NCBI GenBank assembly: GCA_041496385.1
Contig: JBGQEL010000036.1
Coordinates: forward strand, 1-37,815
Reading direction: 5' to 3'
Length of the DNA stretch: 37,815 nt
From: Candidatus Methylomirabilia bacterium
GTDB taxonomy: Bacteria; Methylomirabilota; Methylomirabilia; Rokubacteriales; CSP1-6
Shown here piece after piece: positions 8,351 through 17,707 of this stretch. Position 1 is the stretch's first letter. Each line of letters begins with the position of its first letter. The translations under genes and the position numbers were made by a program. A model generated the notes under the pieces. It searched no databases. It was given only the letters and a program-made list of their open reading frames with translations, and had not been told where the DNA came from.

Positions 8351-10028
8351 GCCGATCGACGCCATCACCACCGAGGTCATTCGCGCCGCGCTCAACGCCG
8401 CCGCCGAGCGCATGCGGATCACGATGATCAAGACCGCCTACAACCACATCATCAGCGAGAGCCTCGACTTCGGCTGCGCCATCTTCGATCCGGACGTCCA
8501 GATGATCGCGCAGGGGATCGGGCTGCCGGTCTTCCAGGGCCACCTGGGATTTCCGATCGAGGCGACGATTCGCGATCGCGGGATCGAGGCGTTCCGCGAG
8601 GGCGACATCTTCATCCACAACGACCCGTACGCGGGCAACGGCAACCACCTGAACGACGTTGCCATGACGGCGCCGGTGTTCTGGGAAGGCCGGCTCACGG
8701 GCTTCGTCTCGGTGAAGGCCCACTGGAGCGACATCGGCGGGCCCGTGCCGAGCAGCATGCAGGTGGGCTCGCGCGAGTTCCGCCAGGAAGGGCTGCGCTT
8801 CCAGTCGGTTCGACTCTATGGGCGCGGCGAGCTGAACGAGGAAGTGCTGCGCGTCATCCGCGGCAACATCCGCGTCGAGAGCGGCACGCTCAAGGACGTG
8901 CAGGCGATGGTCGCCGTCTGCCGCGCGGGCGAGGCGTACTTCCGCGAGATCCTCGCGAAGTACGGGCGCGACACGGTGCTCGAGGCCACGCGCGTCTTCC
9001 TGGACCAGTCCGAGCGCCGCACGCGCGCGGCGCTGGCCGCGCTTCCGGCCGGGGTGTACCGCGCGGTCGGGACCTTCGACAACGACGGCATCACGCTCGA
9101 CACGCCCGTGCGCGTCGAGATGGCGATCACCGTGGGCGACGGGAGCCTGCGCGTCGACTTCACGGGCACCGACGGGCAGGTCGTCGGGCCGTTCAACTGC
9201 GGCGACGCGATCACGATCAGCGCCTGCCGGCTCCTCATCAAGTGCCTCACCACGCCGCTCGACCCGGTGGACGAGGGCTGCTTCCGCCCGCTGGAGGTCA
9301 TCATCCCGCCGCGCTCGGTGCTCGCCGTCGAGGAGCCCGCGCCGACGGCGCGCTACTACGTGCCGATCAACCTGCTCATCGAGCTCGGGCTGCGCGCGCT
9401 GGCGCCGGCGATGCGCGACGGCATCCCGGCCGCCGCCTACGGCGACCAGATGCCGACCATCGCCTTCGGCACGCACCCCGAGACGGGCAAGCTCTTCATC
9501 CAGGGCGACCTCAACGCCGGCGGCACGGGCGGGCGGCCGACGTTCGACGGCGAGTCGGCCATGATCATCCTCGGCGGCTCGACGGCGCGGAACAACCCGG
9601 TGGAGGTCGTCGAGTCGCGCGTTCCCTCGATGCGGATCCTCCGCTACGGCCTGCGCCCGGACTCGGGCGGCGCCGGCAAGTATCGCGGCGGCCTCGGCAT
9701 CGAGCGCGTCTACGAGTTCCTCACGCCGGCGTTCGTCACGTTCAGCCTCGAGCGCAAGGCGACGCCGCCCTGGGGACTCTGGGGCGGCAAGGAGGGCGCC
9801 GTCAACGCGGTCGAGATCACCTCGCCGGACGGCTCGATGCGCCAGGTGCGCAAGGCGACGCAGCACCCGATCGCGGCGGGCGAGCGCGTGCGCATCATGA
9901 GCGGCGGCGGTGGCGGCTGGGGCCCGCCCTCCGAGCGCGACCCGGAGGCCGTGCGGCAGGACGTGCGCGAGGGCCGTGTCTCGGCCGACGCGGCCCGGCG
10001 CGACTACGGCGTCGAGGTGACGCCCTGA
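8337..10028 (+). CDS. Hydantoinase B/oxoprolinase family protein
   Basis: Probable TTG start at 8337 after GGGGAG (alternative CTG at 8346). Motifs IDAITTEVIR, ESLDFGCA, NDPY...HLND, HWSDIGG, QEG, DSGGAGKYRGGLG, GGGGGWG. Confidence 0.9.
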   Translation: MLPLTPIDAITTEVIRAALNAAAERMRITMIKTAYNHIISESLDFGCAIFDPDVQMIAQGIGLPVFQGHLGFPIEATIRDRGIEAFREGDIFIHNDPYAGNGNHLNDVAMTAPVFWEGRLTGFVSVKAHWSDIGGPVPSSMQVGSREFRQEGLRFQSVRLYGRGELNEEVLRVIRGNIRVESGTLKDVQAMVAVCRAGEAYFREILAKYGRDTVLEATRVFLDQSERRTRAALAALPAGVYRAVGTFDNDGITLDTPVRVEMAITVGDGSLRVDFTGTDGQVVGPFNCGDAITISACRLLIKCLTTPLDPVDEGCFRPLEVIIPPRSVLAVEEPAPTARYYVPINLLIELGLRALAPAMRDGIPAAAYGDQMPTIAFGTHPETGKLFIQGDLNAGGTGGRPTFDGESAMIILGGSTARNNPVEVVESRVPSMRILRYGLRPDSGGAGKYRGGLGIERVYEFLTPAFVTFSLERKATPPWGLWGGKEGAVNAVEITSPDGSMRQVRKATQHPIAAGERVRIMSGGGGGWGPPSERDPEAVRQDVREGRVSADAARRDYGVEVTP

Positions 10029-11299
10029 AGCGCATCGGCGCGCTCGCGCTCGCTGCCGTCCTCGCCGGCTGCGCCGCGCCGACGCCTGGCGCGCCCGCCG
10101 CCGCGGCTCCTCCCGCGCAGTCGGCGCCGCGCTTCGCCCAGGGCGGGCCGGACGCCGAGGAGTACGGCGCGAGCGCGGGCTATCCGATGGGTGACCGGGC
10201 GACGTTCTATCGCATTCCATCGCTCGTCGGCTCGTATAGCCACCTCGACGAGATCTTCGATGGCCGCGTCGTCCGCCGCGCTGCCACGCCCTCGCGCCTC
10301 GACCGCGCGGCCTCCGAGCCGGCGCTCCGCTACGACTTCGGGGCCCTGAACCTCACGGTGGACGACTACCTCGCGCGCAACCCGGCCACCGGCCTCCTCC
10401 TTGCGCGCGGCGAGACGATTCTCCTCGAGCGCTATCAGTACGGCCGGACCGATCGCGATCGCTTCACCTCGTGGTCGATGGCCAAGACGGTCACGTCGAT
10501 GCTGGTCGGCATCGCGATCGCCGAGGGCCGCATCCGTTCCGTGGACGACGCCGCGGCGGTCTACGCGCCCGCGCTCGCCGGCAGCGAGTACGGACGCACC
10601 TCCCTGCGCCACCTGCTCCAGATGTCCTCGGGCGTGCGCTTCAGCGAGGACTACTCGGGATCCGACGACGTCTCGAAGCTGGCGGCGAACACCTTCCTCC
10701 AGGCGGGCCCGGGCGGCGCGGACGCGGTGACGCGGTTCAACGAACGCGCCGTGCCGGCCGGCACGAAGTTCTCCTACGCGTCCGTCGAGACGCAGGTGCT
10801 CGGGCTCGTGCTGCGCGGCGCCGTCGGCCGGCCGGTCGCCGAGTACTTGCAAGAGAAGATCTGGCAGCCGATCGGCGCCGAGGCCGACGCGACGTGGCTC
10901 GTCGACCGGTCGGGCCAGGAAGCGACCTTCTGCTGCCTCAACGCGGTGCTGCGCGACTTCGCGCGGCTCGGCCTGCTGCTGGCGCACGACGGGAACTGGC
11001 GGGGACGCCAGATCATTCCCGCGGCCTGGATCAGCGACGCGACCAGCGTGCGCGCGGACCAGCCGCATCTGCAGCCGCGGGTGGCGACGCCGTTCTACGG
11101 CTACGGCTATCAAACCTGGCTCTTCCCGGGTCCGCGCCGGATGTTCGCGTTCCTCGGCATACGCGGCCAGGCGATCTACGTCGATCCGCAGAGCCGGCTC
11201 GTCATGGTCCACACCGCCGTCCGCAAGCGCCCGGTCGATCCCGCCGCCCGCGAGGCGGGCGCGCTCTGGCAGAGCGTGGTCCGCGCCCTCGGCACCTGA
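10025..11299 (+). CDS. Lipoprotein serine hydrolase, beta-lactamase class C/NylB-like family, CTG start
   Basis: SxxK (SMAK), LLQMSSG, FSYAS, LRDFARLG, YGYQ.W, GIRGQ. CTG at 10025 overlaps the upstream TGA (CTGA) after GAGGTG and gives MKRIGALALAAVLAG-C (lipobox). Confidence 0.85.
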   Translation: MKRIGALALAAVLAGCAAPTPGAPAAAAPPAQSAPRFAQGGPDAEEYGASAGYPMGDRATFYRIPSLVGSYSHLDEIFDGRVVRRAATPSRLDRAASEPALRYDFGALNLTVDDYLARNPATGLLLARGETILLERYQYGRTDRDRFTSWSMAKTVTSMLVGIAIAEGRIRSVDDAAAVYAPALAGSEYGRTSLRHLLQMSSGVRFSEDYSGSDDVSKLAANTFLQAGPGGADAVTRFNERAVPAGTKFSYASVETQVLGLVLRGAVGRPVAEYLQEKIWQPIGAEADATWLVDRSGQEATFCCLNAVLRDFARLGLLLAHDGNWRGRQIIPAAWISDATSVRADQPHLQPRVATPFYGYGYQTWLFPGPRRMFAFLGIRGQAIYVDPQSRLVMVHTAVRKRPVDPAAREAGALWQSVVRALGT

Positions 11300-12480
11300 T
11301 GAGCGTCCAGGCCATCCGCTGCGGCACGCTCTTCGACGGCACCGGCGCCGATCCCACGCGCCACGCGGTGCTCCTCGTCGACGACGGCCGCATCACGGCG
11401 GCCGGCGTGGCGGCGACGACCGCGATTCCGCCGGGCGCCGAAGTCGTCGATCTCGGCGATCGCTTCGTGATGCCGGGGCTCGTGGACGCGCACAGCCACA
11501 TCTCGATCGTGCCCGGACTCGGCGACCAGATCGGCCAGCTCCGCCAGGGGCCGGTGCCCCAGGCGCTGCGCGCCACCGCGAACCTCCGCCGCGACCTCCT
11601 CGCCGGCACGACGACGATGCGCGTGATGGCGGAGGAGAACTTCCTCGACATCGAGGTGCGCGGGGCCATCGAGGCCGGCGTCGTCCCGGGGCCGCGGCTC
11701 CTCTGCGCGACGCGCGGCATCACGGCGAGCAACGGCCACGGGCGCGCCGTGTCGGCCTTCGACGGCGTGGACGAGATCCGGCGCGGCGTGCGCGAGAACT
11801 TCCAGCGCGGCGCCGACCACGTGAAGATCTTCGCCACGGGCGGCGTGGCCTCGACGGGCACGACGCTGAAGGCCTGCGTCTACACGCGCGAGGAGATCCG
11901 CGCCGCCGTGGAGGAGGCCGAGCGCGTGGGCAAGTACGCGGCGGCCCACGCGCACGGCGGGCCCGGGCTCCGGATGGCGGTCGAGGAGGGCGTGGCCACG
12001 ATCGAGCACGGCGCGCTCGCGACCGGCGACGACGTGGCGCTCATGAAGGCGCGCGGCGTCTGGCTGGTCTGCACCTTCTCGATCTTCCTGCATCCTGACG
12101 GGATCGAGGGTGGCGACGGCCGGAACCCCGCGATCATGGAGAAGATGCGCTGGGCGCGGCGGGTGGTCGACGAGACCTTCCCGGGCCACCTGGCCTCGGG
12201 CGTCCGCTTCGCGCTCGGCACCGACAGCGTGCATGGCCGGATGCCGTTCGAGATGGCCACGCTCGTGCGGCTCGGCGTCTCGAACAAGGACGCGCTCCTG
12301 GCGGCGACGCGCTGGGGCGCCGAGGCCTGCCGCGCGGACGGAGAGGTCGGGACGCTGACCGCCGGCAAGCGCGCGGACCTGATCGCGGTGGACGGCGACC
12401 CGTTGAAGGACATCGAGGCGATGGGGCGCGTGCGCCTCGTCATGAAGGACGGCGTGATCCAGGGGAGGGACGAGCGATGA
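11299..12480 (+). CDS. Metal-dependent amidohydrolase (Xaa-Pro dipeptidase/imidazolonepropionase-like subgroup)
   Basis: ATG overlaps the upstream stop (TGATG). Motifs PGLVDAHSH, VKIFATGG, AHAHG, IEHG, GTDS, GKRADLI. Confidence 0.9.
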   Translation: MSVQAIRCGTLFDGTGADPTRHAVLLVDDGRITAAGVAATTAIPPGAEVVDLGDRFVMPGLVDAHSHISIVPGLGDQIGQLRQGPVPQALRATANLRRDLLAGTTTMRVMAEENFLDIEVRGAIEAGVVPGPRLLCATRGITASNGHGRAVSAFDGVDEIRRGVRENFQRGADHVKIFATGGVASTGTTLKACVYTREEIRAAVEEAERVGKYAAAHAHGGPGLRMAVEEGVATIEHGALATGDDVALMKARGVWLVCTFSIFLHPDGIEGGDGRNPAIMEKMRWARRVVDETFPGHLASGVRFALGTDSVHGRMPFEMATLVRLGVSNKDALLAATRWGAEACRADGEVGTLTAGKRADLIAVDGDPLKDIEAMGRVRLVMKDGVIQGRDER

Positions 12481-14042
12481 GCGACGACAGGACGCGGCAC
12501 GGTCTCACGCGACGGCAATGGATGGCCGGCTCCACCGCGCTGGCGGCGGGCGCGGGGCTCGGCATGCTCGGCGGCCCGGCGGTGCGCGCGGCGCTCGCGC
12601 AGGGGCAGCCCAAGCGCGGCGGCGTCCTCAAGGTGGCCACCGTGGACAAGCCCGTCAACATGGACCCGGGCTACGCGCAGCTCTACTCGTCGCTCCAGGT
12701 CTACCAGAACGTCTTCAGCAAGCTCGTCTACGTCGACGAGGCCGGCCAGTTCGTCCCGGGCCTGGCGAAGGCGTGGAAGCAGGAGAGCGAGAAGACCTGG
12801 ACCTTCGACCTCGTGCCCAACGCCGTCTTCCACAACGGCGAGCCGCTGACGGCGAAGGACGTGGTCTTCACGTTCACGCGCCTGCTCGACCCCCAGAACA
12901 AGCTGCCGATGCGCGTCTTCTTCACGCCGATCGAGAGCGTGGAGGCGAGCGGCCCGTACCAGGTGCGCTTCCAGATGAGCCGGCCGTTCGGCCCGTTCCT
13001 GGCGATGCTCTCGCAGGCGACGGAGATCGTGAACGAGAAGGCGCTCAAGGAGAAGGACCCCAAGCTCTTCCCCGTCGGGACCGGGCCCTACAAGTTCGTG
13101 GAGTGGGTGAAGGACGACCACATCACCCTCGAGCGCTGGGACAAGTACTTCCGTCCGGGCCGCCCGTACGTCGACCGCATCCAGTTCTACGCGCCGGCCG
13201 ACGACACCGTGCGGCTGACGGGCCTGCAGACGGGCCGCTTCAACTGGATCCAGACGGTGCCGCCGCAGCGCATCCCCGAGCTGGAGCGCGCGCGCGACAT
13301 GAAGGCCTCCGCCGGGCGGCCGTACTTCCCGTTCTTCCTCATGCTCAATGCCAGCCGGCCGCCGCTCGCCGACAAGCGCCTGCGCCAGGCGATCGCGTGG
13401 GCGCTCGACCGCAGCGAGATCGTCAAGCTCGTCTACTACAGCAGCCACACGCCCACCGCGGAGCCGACGCCGGAGCCGAGCCCGTGGGCCACGGGCGTGA
13501 ACGCGCACAAGGGCGGCCCCGACCTCGCGCGCGCCCGCCAGCTCCTGGCCGAGGCCGGCATGGGCAACGGGCTCACGCTGACCTACATGGTGAAGTCGCA
13601 GGTGCCGGTGCTCGTCAAGACGGGCGAGATCCTGCGCGAGCAGCTCAAGAAGGTCGGCATCACGCTCGAGGTGCAGCCGCTCGAGTCCGGCCAGTACTTC
13701 GAGGGGCTCGTCGGCAAGAAGTTCGACATCGCCGCGGCCTGGTGGAGCGTCACCGTCGATCCCGACATGTTCTACTACCCGCTCCAGCACTCCTCGTCGG
13801 CGTGGAACTTCTCCGGGCTCAAGTCCGACGAGGCGGACCGGCGCCTCGACGCCTTCCGCTTCACGCCGAGCGCGGCGGCGCGCAAGAAGATGTACCCCGA
13901 GCTGGTCCGCTTCCTCCAGGAGGAGGGCTCGCTCGTCGTCTTCAGCAACGAGATCCAGCGCTACTGGACGAAGCCGAACGTGATGGGCTCGGTGCCGCTG
14001 GCGTCGCTGGAGCTGCGCTTCGAGGACACCTGGCTCGCCTGA
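12477..14042 (+). CDS. ABC transporter substrate-binding protein, family 5, Tat-exported
   Basis: TRRQWM twin-arginine signal, PKRGGVL, FHNGEPLT, PVGTGPYKFVEW, LRQAIAWALDR. Confidence 0.93.
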   Translation: MSDDRTRHGLTRRQWMAGSTALAAGAGLGMLGGPAVRAALAQGQPKRGGVLKVATVDKPVNMDPGYAQLYSSLQVYQNVFSKLVYVDEAGQFVPGLAKAWKQESEKTWTFDLVPNAVFHNGEPLTAKDVVFTFTRLLDPQNKLPMRVFFTPIESVEASGPYQVRFQMSRPFGPFLAMLSQATEIVNEKALKEKDPKLFPVGTGPYKFVEWVKDDHITLERWDKYFRPGRPYVDRIQFYAPADDTVRLTGLQTGRFNWIQTVPPQRIPELERARDMKASAGRPYFPFFLMLNASRPPLADKRLRQAIAWALDRSEIVKLVYYSSHTPTAEPTPEPSPWATGVNAHKGGPDLARARQLLAEAGMGNGLTLTYMVKSQVPVLVKTGEILREQLKKVGITLEVQPLESGQYFEGLVGKKFDIAAAWWSVTVDPDMFYYPLQHSSSAWNFSGLKSDEADRRLDAFRFTPSAAARKKMYPELVRFLQEEGSLVVFSNEIQRYWTKPNVMGSVPLASLELRFEDTWLA

Positions 14043-14069
14043 CCCGCGGCTGATCGCGGGGCGGCGCTG

Positions 14070-15023
14070 ATGTCGTCGGCGTGGGTCTACGCGGGGCGGC
14101 GGCTCGGCCTCGCCGTGCCGCTCCTCTTCGGCATGAGCCTGCTCGTGTTCGGGCTCATGCGGCTCGTTCCCGGCGACCCGGCGGTGGCCGTCCTCGGCTA
14201 CAAGGCGACGCCCGAGGGCATCCGGGCGCTGCGCGAGGCGTTCCACCTCGACGAGCCCCTGCCGCAGCAGTACCTGCGCTGGCTCGCGAGCGCCGCGCGC
14301 GGCGACTTCGGACTCGACTTCCGGCAGAACGAGCCCATCGGACGGATGATCCTCGACCGCCTGCCGGTGACGCTCGAGCTGACGCTGCTCGCGAGCGCCG
14401 GTGCGGCGCTGCTCGGCGTGCCGCTCGGGCTCCTCGGCGGCGGCCGGCGCGGCGGCGCCGCCGATCGCGCCGCGCTCGCCCTCGGCCTCGTCGGCGTCTC
14501 GATCCCCGATTTCTGGCTCGGCATCATGCTGATCCTGGCGCTCTCGCTCTGGGCGGGGCTCTTCCCGTCCGGCGGCTTCGTGCCGTTCACCGAGGCGCCG
14601 CTCGAGAACCTGCTCGGCATGGCGCTGCCCGCGTTCACGCTTGCGCTGAGCCGCGCGGCCGTGCTGGCGCGCCTGACGCGGGCGGCGGTGCTGGACGTCA
14701 TGCAGCGGGGCTTCGTGCAGTACGCGCGCGCCAAGGGGCTCGGCGAGCGCGCGCTCCTCGTGCGCCACGTGCTCCCCAACGCCGCCATCCCGATCGTGAC
14801 CGTGCTTGGACTCCAGATCGGCTACATGCTCGGCGGCGCGATCGTGGTCGAGACGATCTTCACGCTGCCGGGCGTGGGCCGAATGACGCTCGACGCCGTG
14901 CTCGAGCGCAACTACCCGGTGGTGCAGAGCACGGTGCTGGTGATCGGCGCCCTGTTCATGCTCGTGAACCTCGCGACGGACATCCTCTACGGCCTGATCG
15001 ACCCGCGGGTGCGACGGCGGTGA
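14070..15023 (+). CDS. ABC transporter permease (DppB family)
   Basis: VPGDPA, YARAKG, ETIFTLPGVG, DILYGLIDPR. Confidence 0.95.
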   Translation: MSSAWVYAGRRLGLAVPLLFGMSLLVFGLMRLVPGDPAVAVLGYKATPEGIRALREAFHLDEPLPQQYLRWLASAARGDFGLDFRQNEPIGRMILDRLPVTLELTLLASAGAALLGVPLGLLGGGRRGGAADRAALALGLVGVSIPDFWLGIMLILALSLWAGLFPSGGFVPFTEAPLENLLGMALPAFTLALSRAAVLARLTRAAVLDVMQRGFVQYARAKGLGERALLVRHVLPNAAIPIVTVLGLQIGYMLGGAIVVETIFTLPGVGRMTLDAVLERNYPVVQSTVLVIGALFMLVNLATDILYGLIDPRVRRR

Positions 15024-15838
15024 GCCACGGCCGCCTGGCCTCCGCCGGCCTGCTGCTCGCTGCCGCGCTGGTCCTCGCGGCGCTCGGCGCCTCCGTGCTG
15101 CCGCTCGGCAGCCCGACCGCCATCTCCAAGGACCTGGCGCTGCGCGGCCCGACCGCCGCCGAGCCCTTCGGCATGGACGACCTCGGCCGCAGCGTGCTGA
15201 GCCGCGTCGTCCACGGCTATCGCGTCTCGCTCGGCGTGGCGGTCGGCGCGGTCCTGCTGGCGCTCCTGATCGGCGGGTCGCTCGGCCTCGTCGCCGGCTA
15301 CGCCGAGGGCCTCGCCGAGCAGCTCATCATGCGGCCCCTCGACGTCCTCATGGCCTTTCCCGCGATCCTCCTCGCGATCGCGCTCATGAGTGTCTTCGGC
15401 ACGGGCGCCGTCCTCGTCGCCGTCTCGCTCGCCGTCGTCTACACGCCGGTCGTGGCCCGCGTCGTGCGCGCCGCCGTGCTCGCGACGAAGGTGGAGGTCT
15501 ACGTCGACGGCGCCCGGGCGCTCGGCGCCAGCGTGCCGCGCCTCGTGCTGGCGCACATCCTGCCCAACGCGGCGACGCCGGTGCTCGTCCAGGCGTCGGT
15601 CCTGATTGCGATCGGCATCCTCGTCGAGGCCGCGCTCTCGTTCCTCGGCGTCGGCGTCCGCCCGCCCACGCCGTCGCTCGGTCTCATGCTCGCCGACGGC
15701 CGCGGCTTCATGCTGGAGGCGCCCTGGATGGTCGTCTTCCCGGGCATCGGGATCATGCTCGCCGTGCTGGCCTTCAACATGCTCGCCGACGGCCTGCGCG
15801 ATTGGCTCGACCCCCATCACGCCGGCGGTCGATCGTGA
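15020..15838 (+). CDS. ABC transporter permease (DppC family)
   Basis: GTG start overlaps the upstream TGA (GTGA). Motifs FGMDDLGRSVLSR, YVDGARALGA, HILPN, LSFLGVG, DGLRDWLDP. Confidence 0.93.
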   Translation: MSHGRLASAGLLLAAALVLAALGASVLPLGSPTAISKDLALRGPTAAEPFGMDDLGRSVLSRVVHGYRVSLGVAVGAVLLALLIGGSLGLVAGYAEGLAEQLIMRPLDVLMAFPAILLAIALMSVFGTGAVLVAVSLAVVYTPVVARVVRAAVLATKVEVYVDGARALGASVPRLVLAHILPNAATPVLVQASVLIAIGILVEAALSFLGVGVRPPTPSLGLMLADGRGFMLEAPWMVVFPGIGIMLAVLAFNMLADGLRDWLDPHHAGGRS

Positions 15839-15915
15839 GCGCACCTTGCCCCGCCACCGGTTCCGGGGTACAAAACCCGCGAGGCAGGCTCGACCCGACC
15901 GAGAGGAGACAGCGC

Positions 15916-16674
15916 ATGAACGCTCAGGCTCTCAGCATCCCGTCGCTGCGGGACAAGGTGTCGCCCGAGGAGTGGGCCGTCCGCGTGGATCTCGCCGCGA
16001 GCTACCGGCTCGTGGCGCACCACGGCTGGGAAGACCTCGTGTTCACGCACATCACGGCGCGCGTGCCGGGCACCCAGGACCAGTTCCTCATCAACCCATA
16101 TGGCGTGTTCTTCGACGAGATCACGGCCTCGAGCCTCGTGAAGATCGATCTCGCGGGTGAGAAAGTCGAGGAGTCGCCGTTTCCGGTGAACCCGGCCGGC
16201 TTCATCATCCACAGCGCCATCCACGCCGCCCGGCACGACGCCAGGTGCGTGCTGCACACGCACACGCTGAACGGCGTGGCCGTCTCGACGCAGCGGGCGG
16301 GCCTGCTTCCCATCTCGCAGCACTCGATCTTCGTGCTGGCGAGCCTGGCCTACCACGACTTCGAGGGCCCGGCGCTGAACGACGACGAGAAGCCGCGTCT
16401 CGTGCAGGACCTCGGCGATCACACGCACCTGATCCTGCGCAACCACGGGCTCCTGACGGTGGGCGAGACCGTCGCCGACGCGTTCGTGGCGATGTACTAC
16501 CTCGAGACCTCGTGCGCGATCCAGGTGCGCGCGCAGGCGGGCGGCGGCGAGCTGATCCCGGTCCCCAAGGACATCATCGCGTCGGCGGGCCGCCCGCGCG
16601 GCAGCCGCGGTGCGCTGGTGTGGCCCGGCCTGCTCCGGCGCCTCGAGCGTCTCGATCCCTCCTATCGCAACTGA
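15916..16674 (+). CDS. Class II aldolase/adducin family protein
   Basis: ATG at 15916 after GAGGAG. Motifs FTHIT, GFIIHSAIH, HTHT, LRNHG. Confidence 0.92.
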   Translation: MNAQALSIPSLRDKVSPEEWAVRVDLAASYRLVAHHGWEDLVFTHITARVPGTQDQFLINPYGVFFDEITASSLVKIDLAGEKVEESPFPVNPAGFIIHSAIHAARHDARCVLHTHTLNGVAVSTQRAGLLPISQHSIFVLASLAYHDFEGPALNDDEKPRLVQDLGDHTHLILRNHGLLTVGETVADAFVAMYYLETSCAIQVRAQAGGGELIPVPKDIIASAGRPRGSRGALVWPGLLRRLERLDPSYRN

Positions 16675-16714
16675 CCCGGCGGCGCCTTAGGGCGCGGCGG
16701 GGCGGGGAGGACAC

Positions 16715-17473
16715 GTGGGACGACTCGACGGACGGGTGGCGCTGGTGACCGGGGCGAGCCGCGGCTTCGGCCGGGCGATCGCGCTGGCGCTGGGGCGCGA
16801 GGGCGCGGACGTGGCGGTTAACTACCGAGCGAACGCGACGGCGGCGGCGGAGGTGGTGCAGGGCCTCGAGAAGCTCGGGCGCCGCGCCCTCGCGATCCAG
16901 GCCGACGTCGGGCGCGAAGATGAAGTCCGCGCCCTGGTGGGCGCCGTGCTGGCGAAGCTCGGGCGGCTCGACGTGCTCGTGAACAACGCGGGTGTGATGG
17001 ACCGCGGGCGATTCGTCGAGACGCCCGTCTCCAGCTACGCCGGGATGTTCGCGACCAACGTGACGGGCACGCTGCTCTGCACGCACGCGGCGCTCCCGGC
17101 GATGATCGAGCGGCGCCACGGGCGCATCATCAACCTCAGCTCGCAGCTCGCCCGCGCCGGCGTCGGCACGGGCGGGTTCGCCGCCTACGCCGCCACCAAG
17201 GGCGCCATCGAGGCCTTCACGCGCGCGATGGCGCACGAGGTGGGCGATCACGGCATCACCGTCAACGCCATCGCGCCCGGCGGGATCGACACCGACATGA
17301 GCCGCGACGTCATGACCCCGGAATATCGCGCGCGGCGATTGAAGGAATTGCCCGTCCATCGATTCGGCAGCGTGGAGGACGTCGCCTACTGCGCCGTGTT
17401 CCTGGCGGCCGACGAGGGCGGTTATCTGACCGGACAGGTGCTGCAGCCGAACGGCGGCTGGGTGATGCCGTGA
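16715..17473 (+). CDS. Short-chain dehydrogenase/reductase (FabG-like)
   Basis: GTG after GGAGG; TGASRGFG, NNAG, YAATK, NAIAPG. Confidence 0.92.
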   Translation: MGRLDGRVALVTGASRGFGRAIALALGREGADVAVNYRANATAAAEVVQGLEKLGRRALAIQADVGREDEVRALVGAVLAKLGRLDVLVNNAGVMDRGRFVETPVSSYAGMFATNVTGTLLCTHAALPAMIERRHGRIINLSSQLARAGVGTGGFAAYAATKGAIEAFTRAMAHEVGDHGITVNAIAPGGIDTDMSRDVMTPEYRARRLKELPVHRFGSVEDVAYCAVFLAADEGGYLTGQVLQPNGGWVMP

Positions 17474-17479
17474 AACGCC

Positions 17480-17701
17480 GCGCGGCGGCGCGCGGGGTCG
17501 CGCCGTCCACGCCCGTAGGGATCTTCGCGACCACGCGGCACGCGTGCGCTGCCCGGCCTTGGCTGGGCTCCATCCGGGCGCAGGACGTCCGCCGCCGCGA
17601 GCCGGGAACGGGTCCGAAGACCCCTACGGGCGTGGCCGGCGCGACCCCGCGCGCGTGCCGCGCACGTCCGTAGGAGTCTCAGCGACCACGCGGCGCGCGT
17701 G
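17480..17701. repeat. REPIN/BIME-like composite repeat between convergent genes (about 48-bp inverted arms plus a 39-bp direct repeat, GTAG/CTAC motifs)
   Basis: Arm 17480-17527 is the near reverse complement of 17615-17663. Segments 17508-17546 and 17663-17701 match at 33/39 positions. Confidence 0.75.
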
Positions 17702-17707
17702 GGAAGA

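Noticed and set aside
7158..11299. Long N-terminal extensions of ORFs 7158-10028 and 8318-11299 (also 31063-34521, 25618-28056, 28238-30334) suggesting fusions or overlapping genes
   Set aside because: The extensions are off-frame read-through of upstream genes. True starts with an RBS or stop-start overlap were found at the domain boundaries.
10025..11299. Serine hydrolase as a true AmpC beta-lactamase
   Set aside because: It has YAS instead of YxN and lacks KTG, which is more like NylB/esterase-type family members.
15846..15874. Possible promoter TTGCCC-17-TACAAA before the aldolase
   Set aside because: The -10 lacks the conserved final T, so support is too weak to list.
17470..17673. 67-aa ORF overlapping the SDR stop (and the antisense 87-aa ORF)
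   Set aside because: Both lie within or across the palindromic repeat and show no protein features.
17508..17701. 39-bp direct repeat as a possible CRISPR mini-array
   Set aside because: There are only two diverged direct copies, about 116 nt apart with an inverted copy between them, and no cas genes. A REP-like element fits better.
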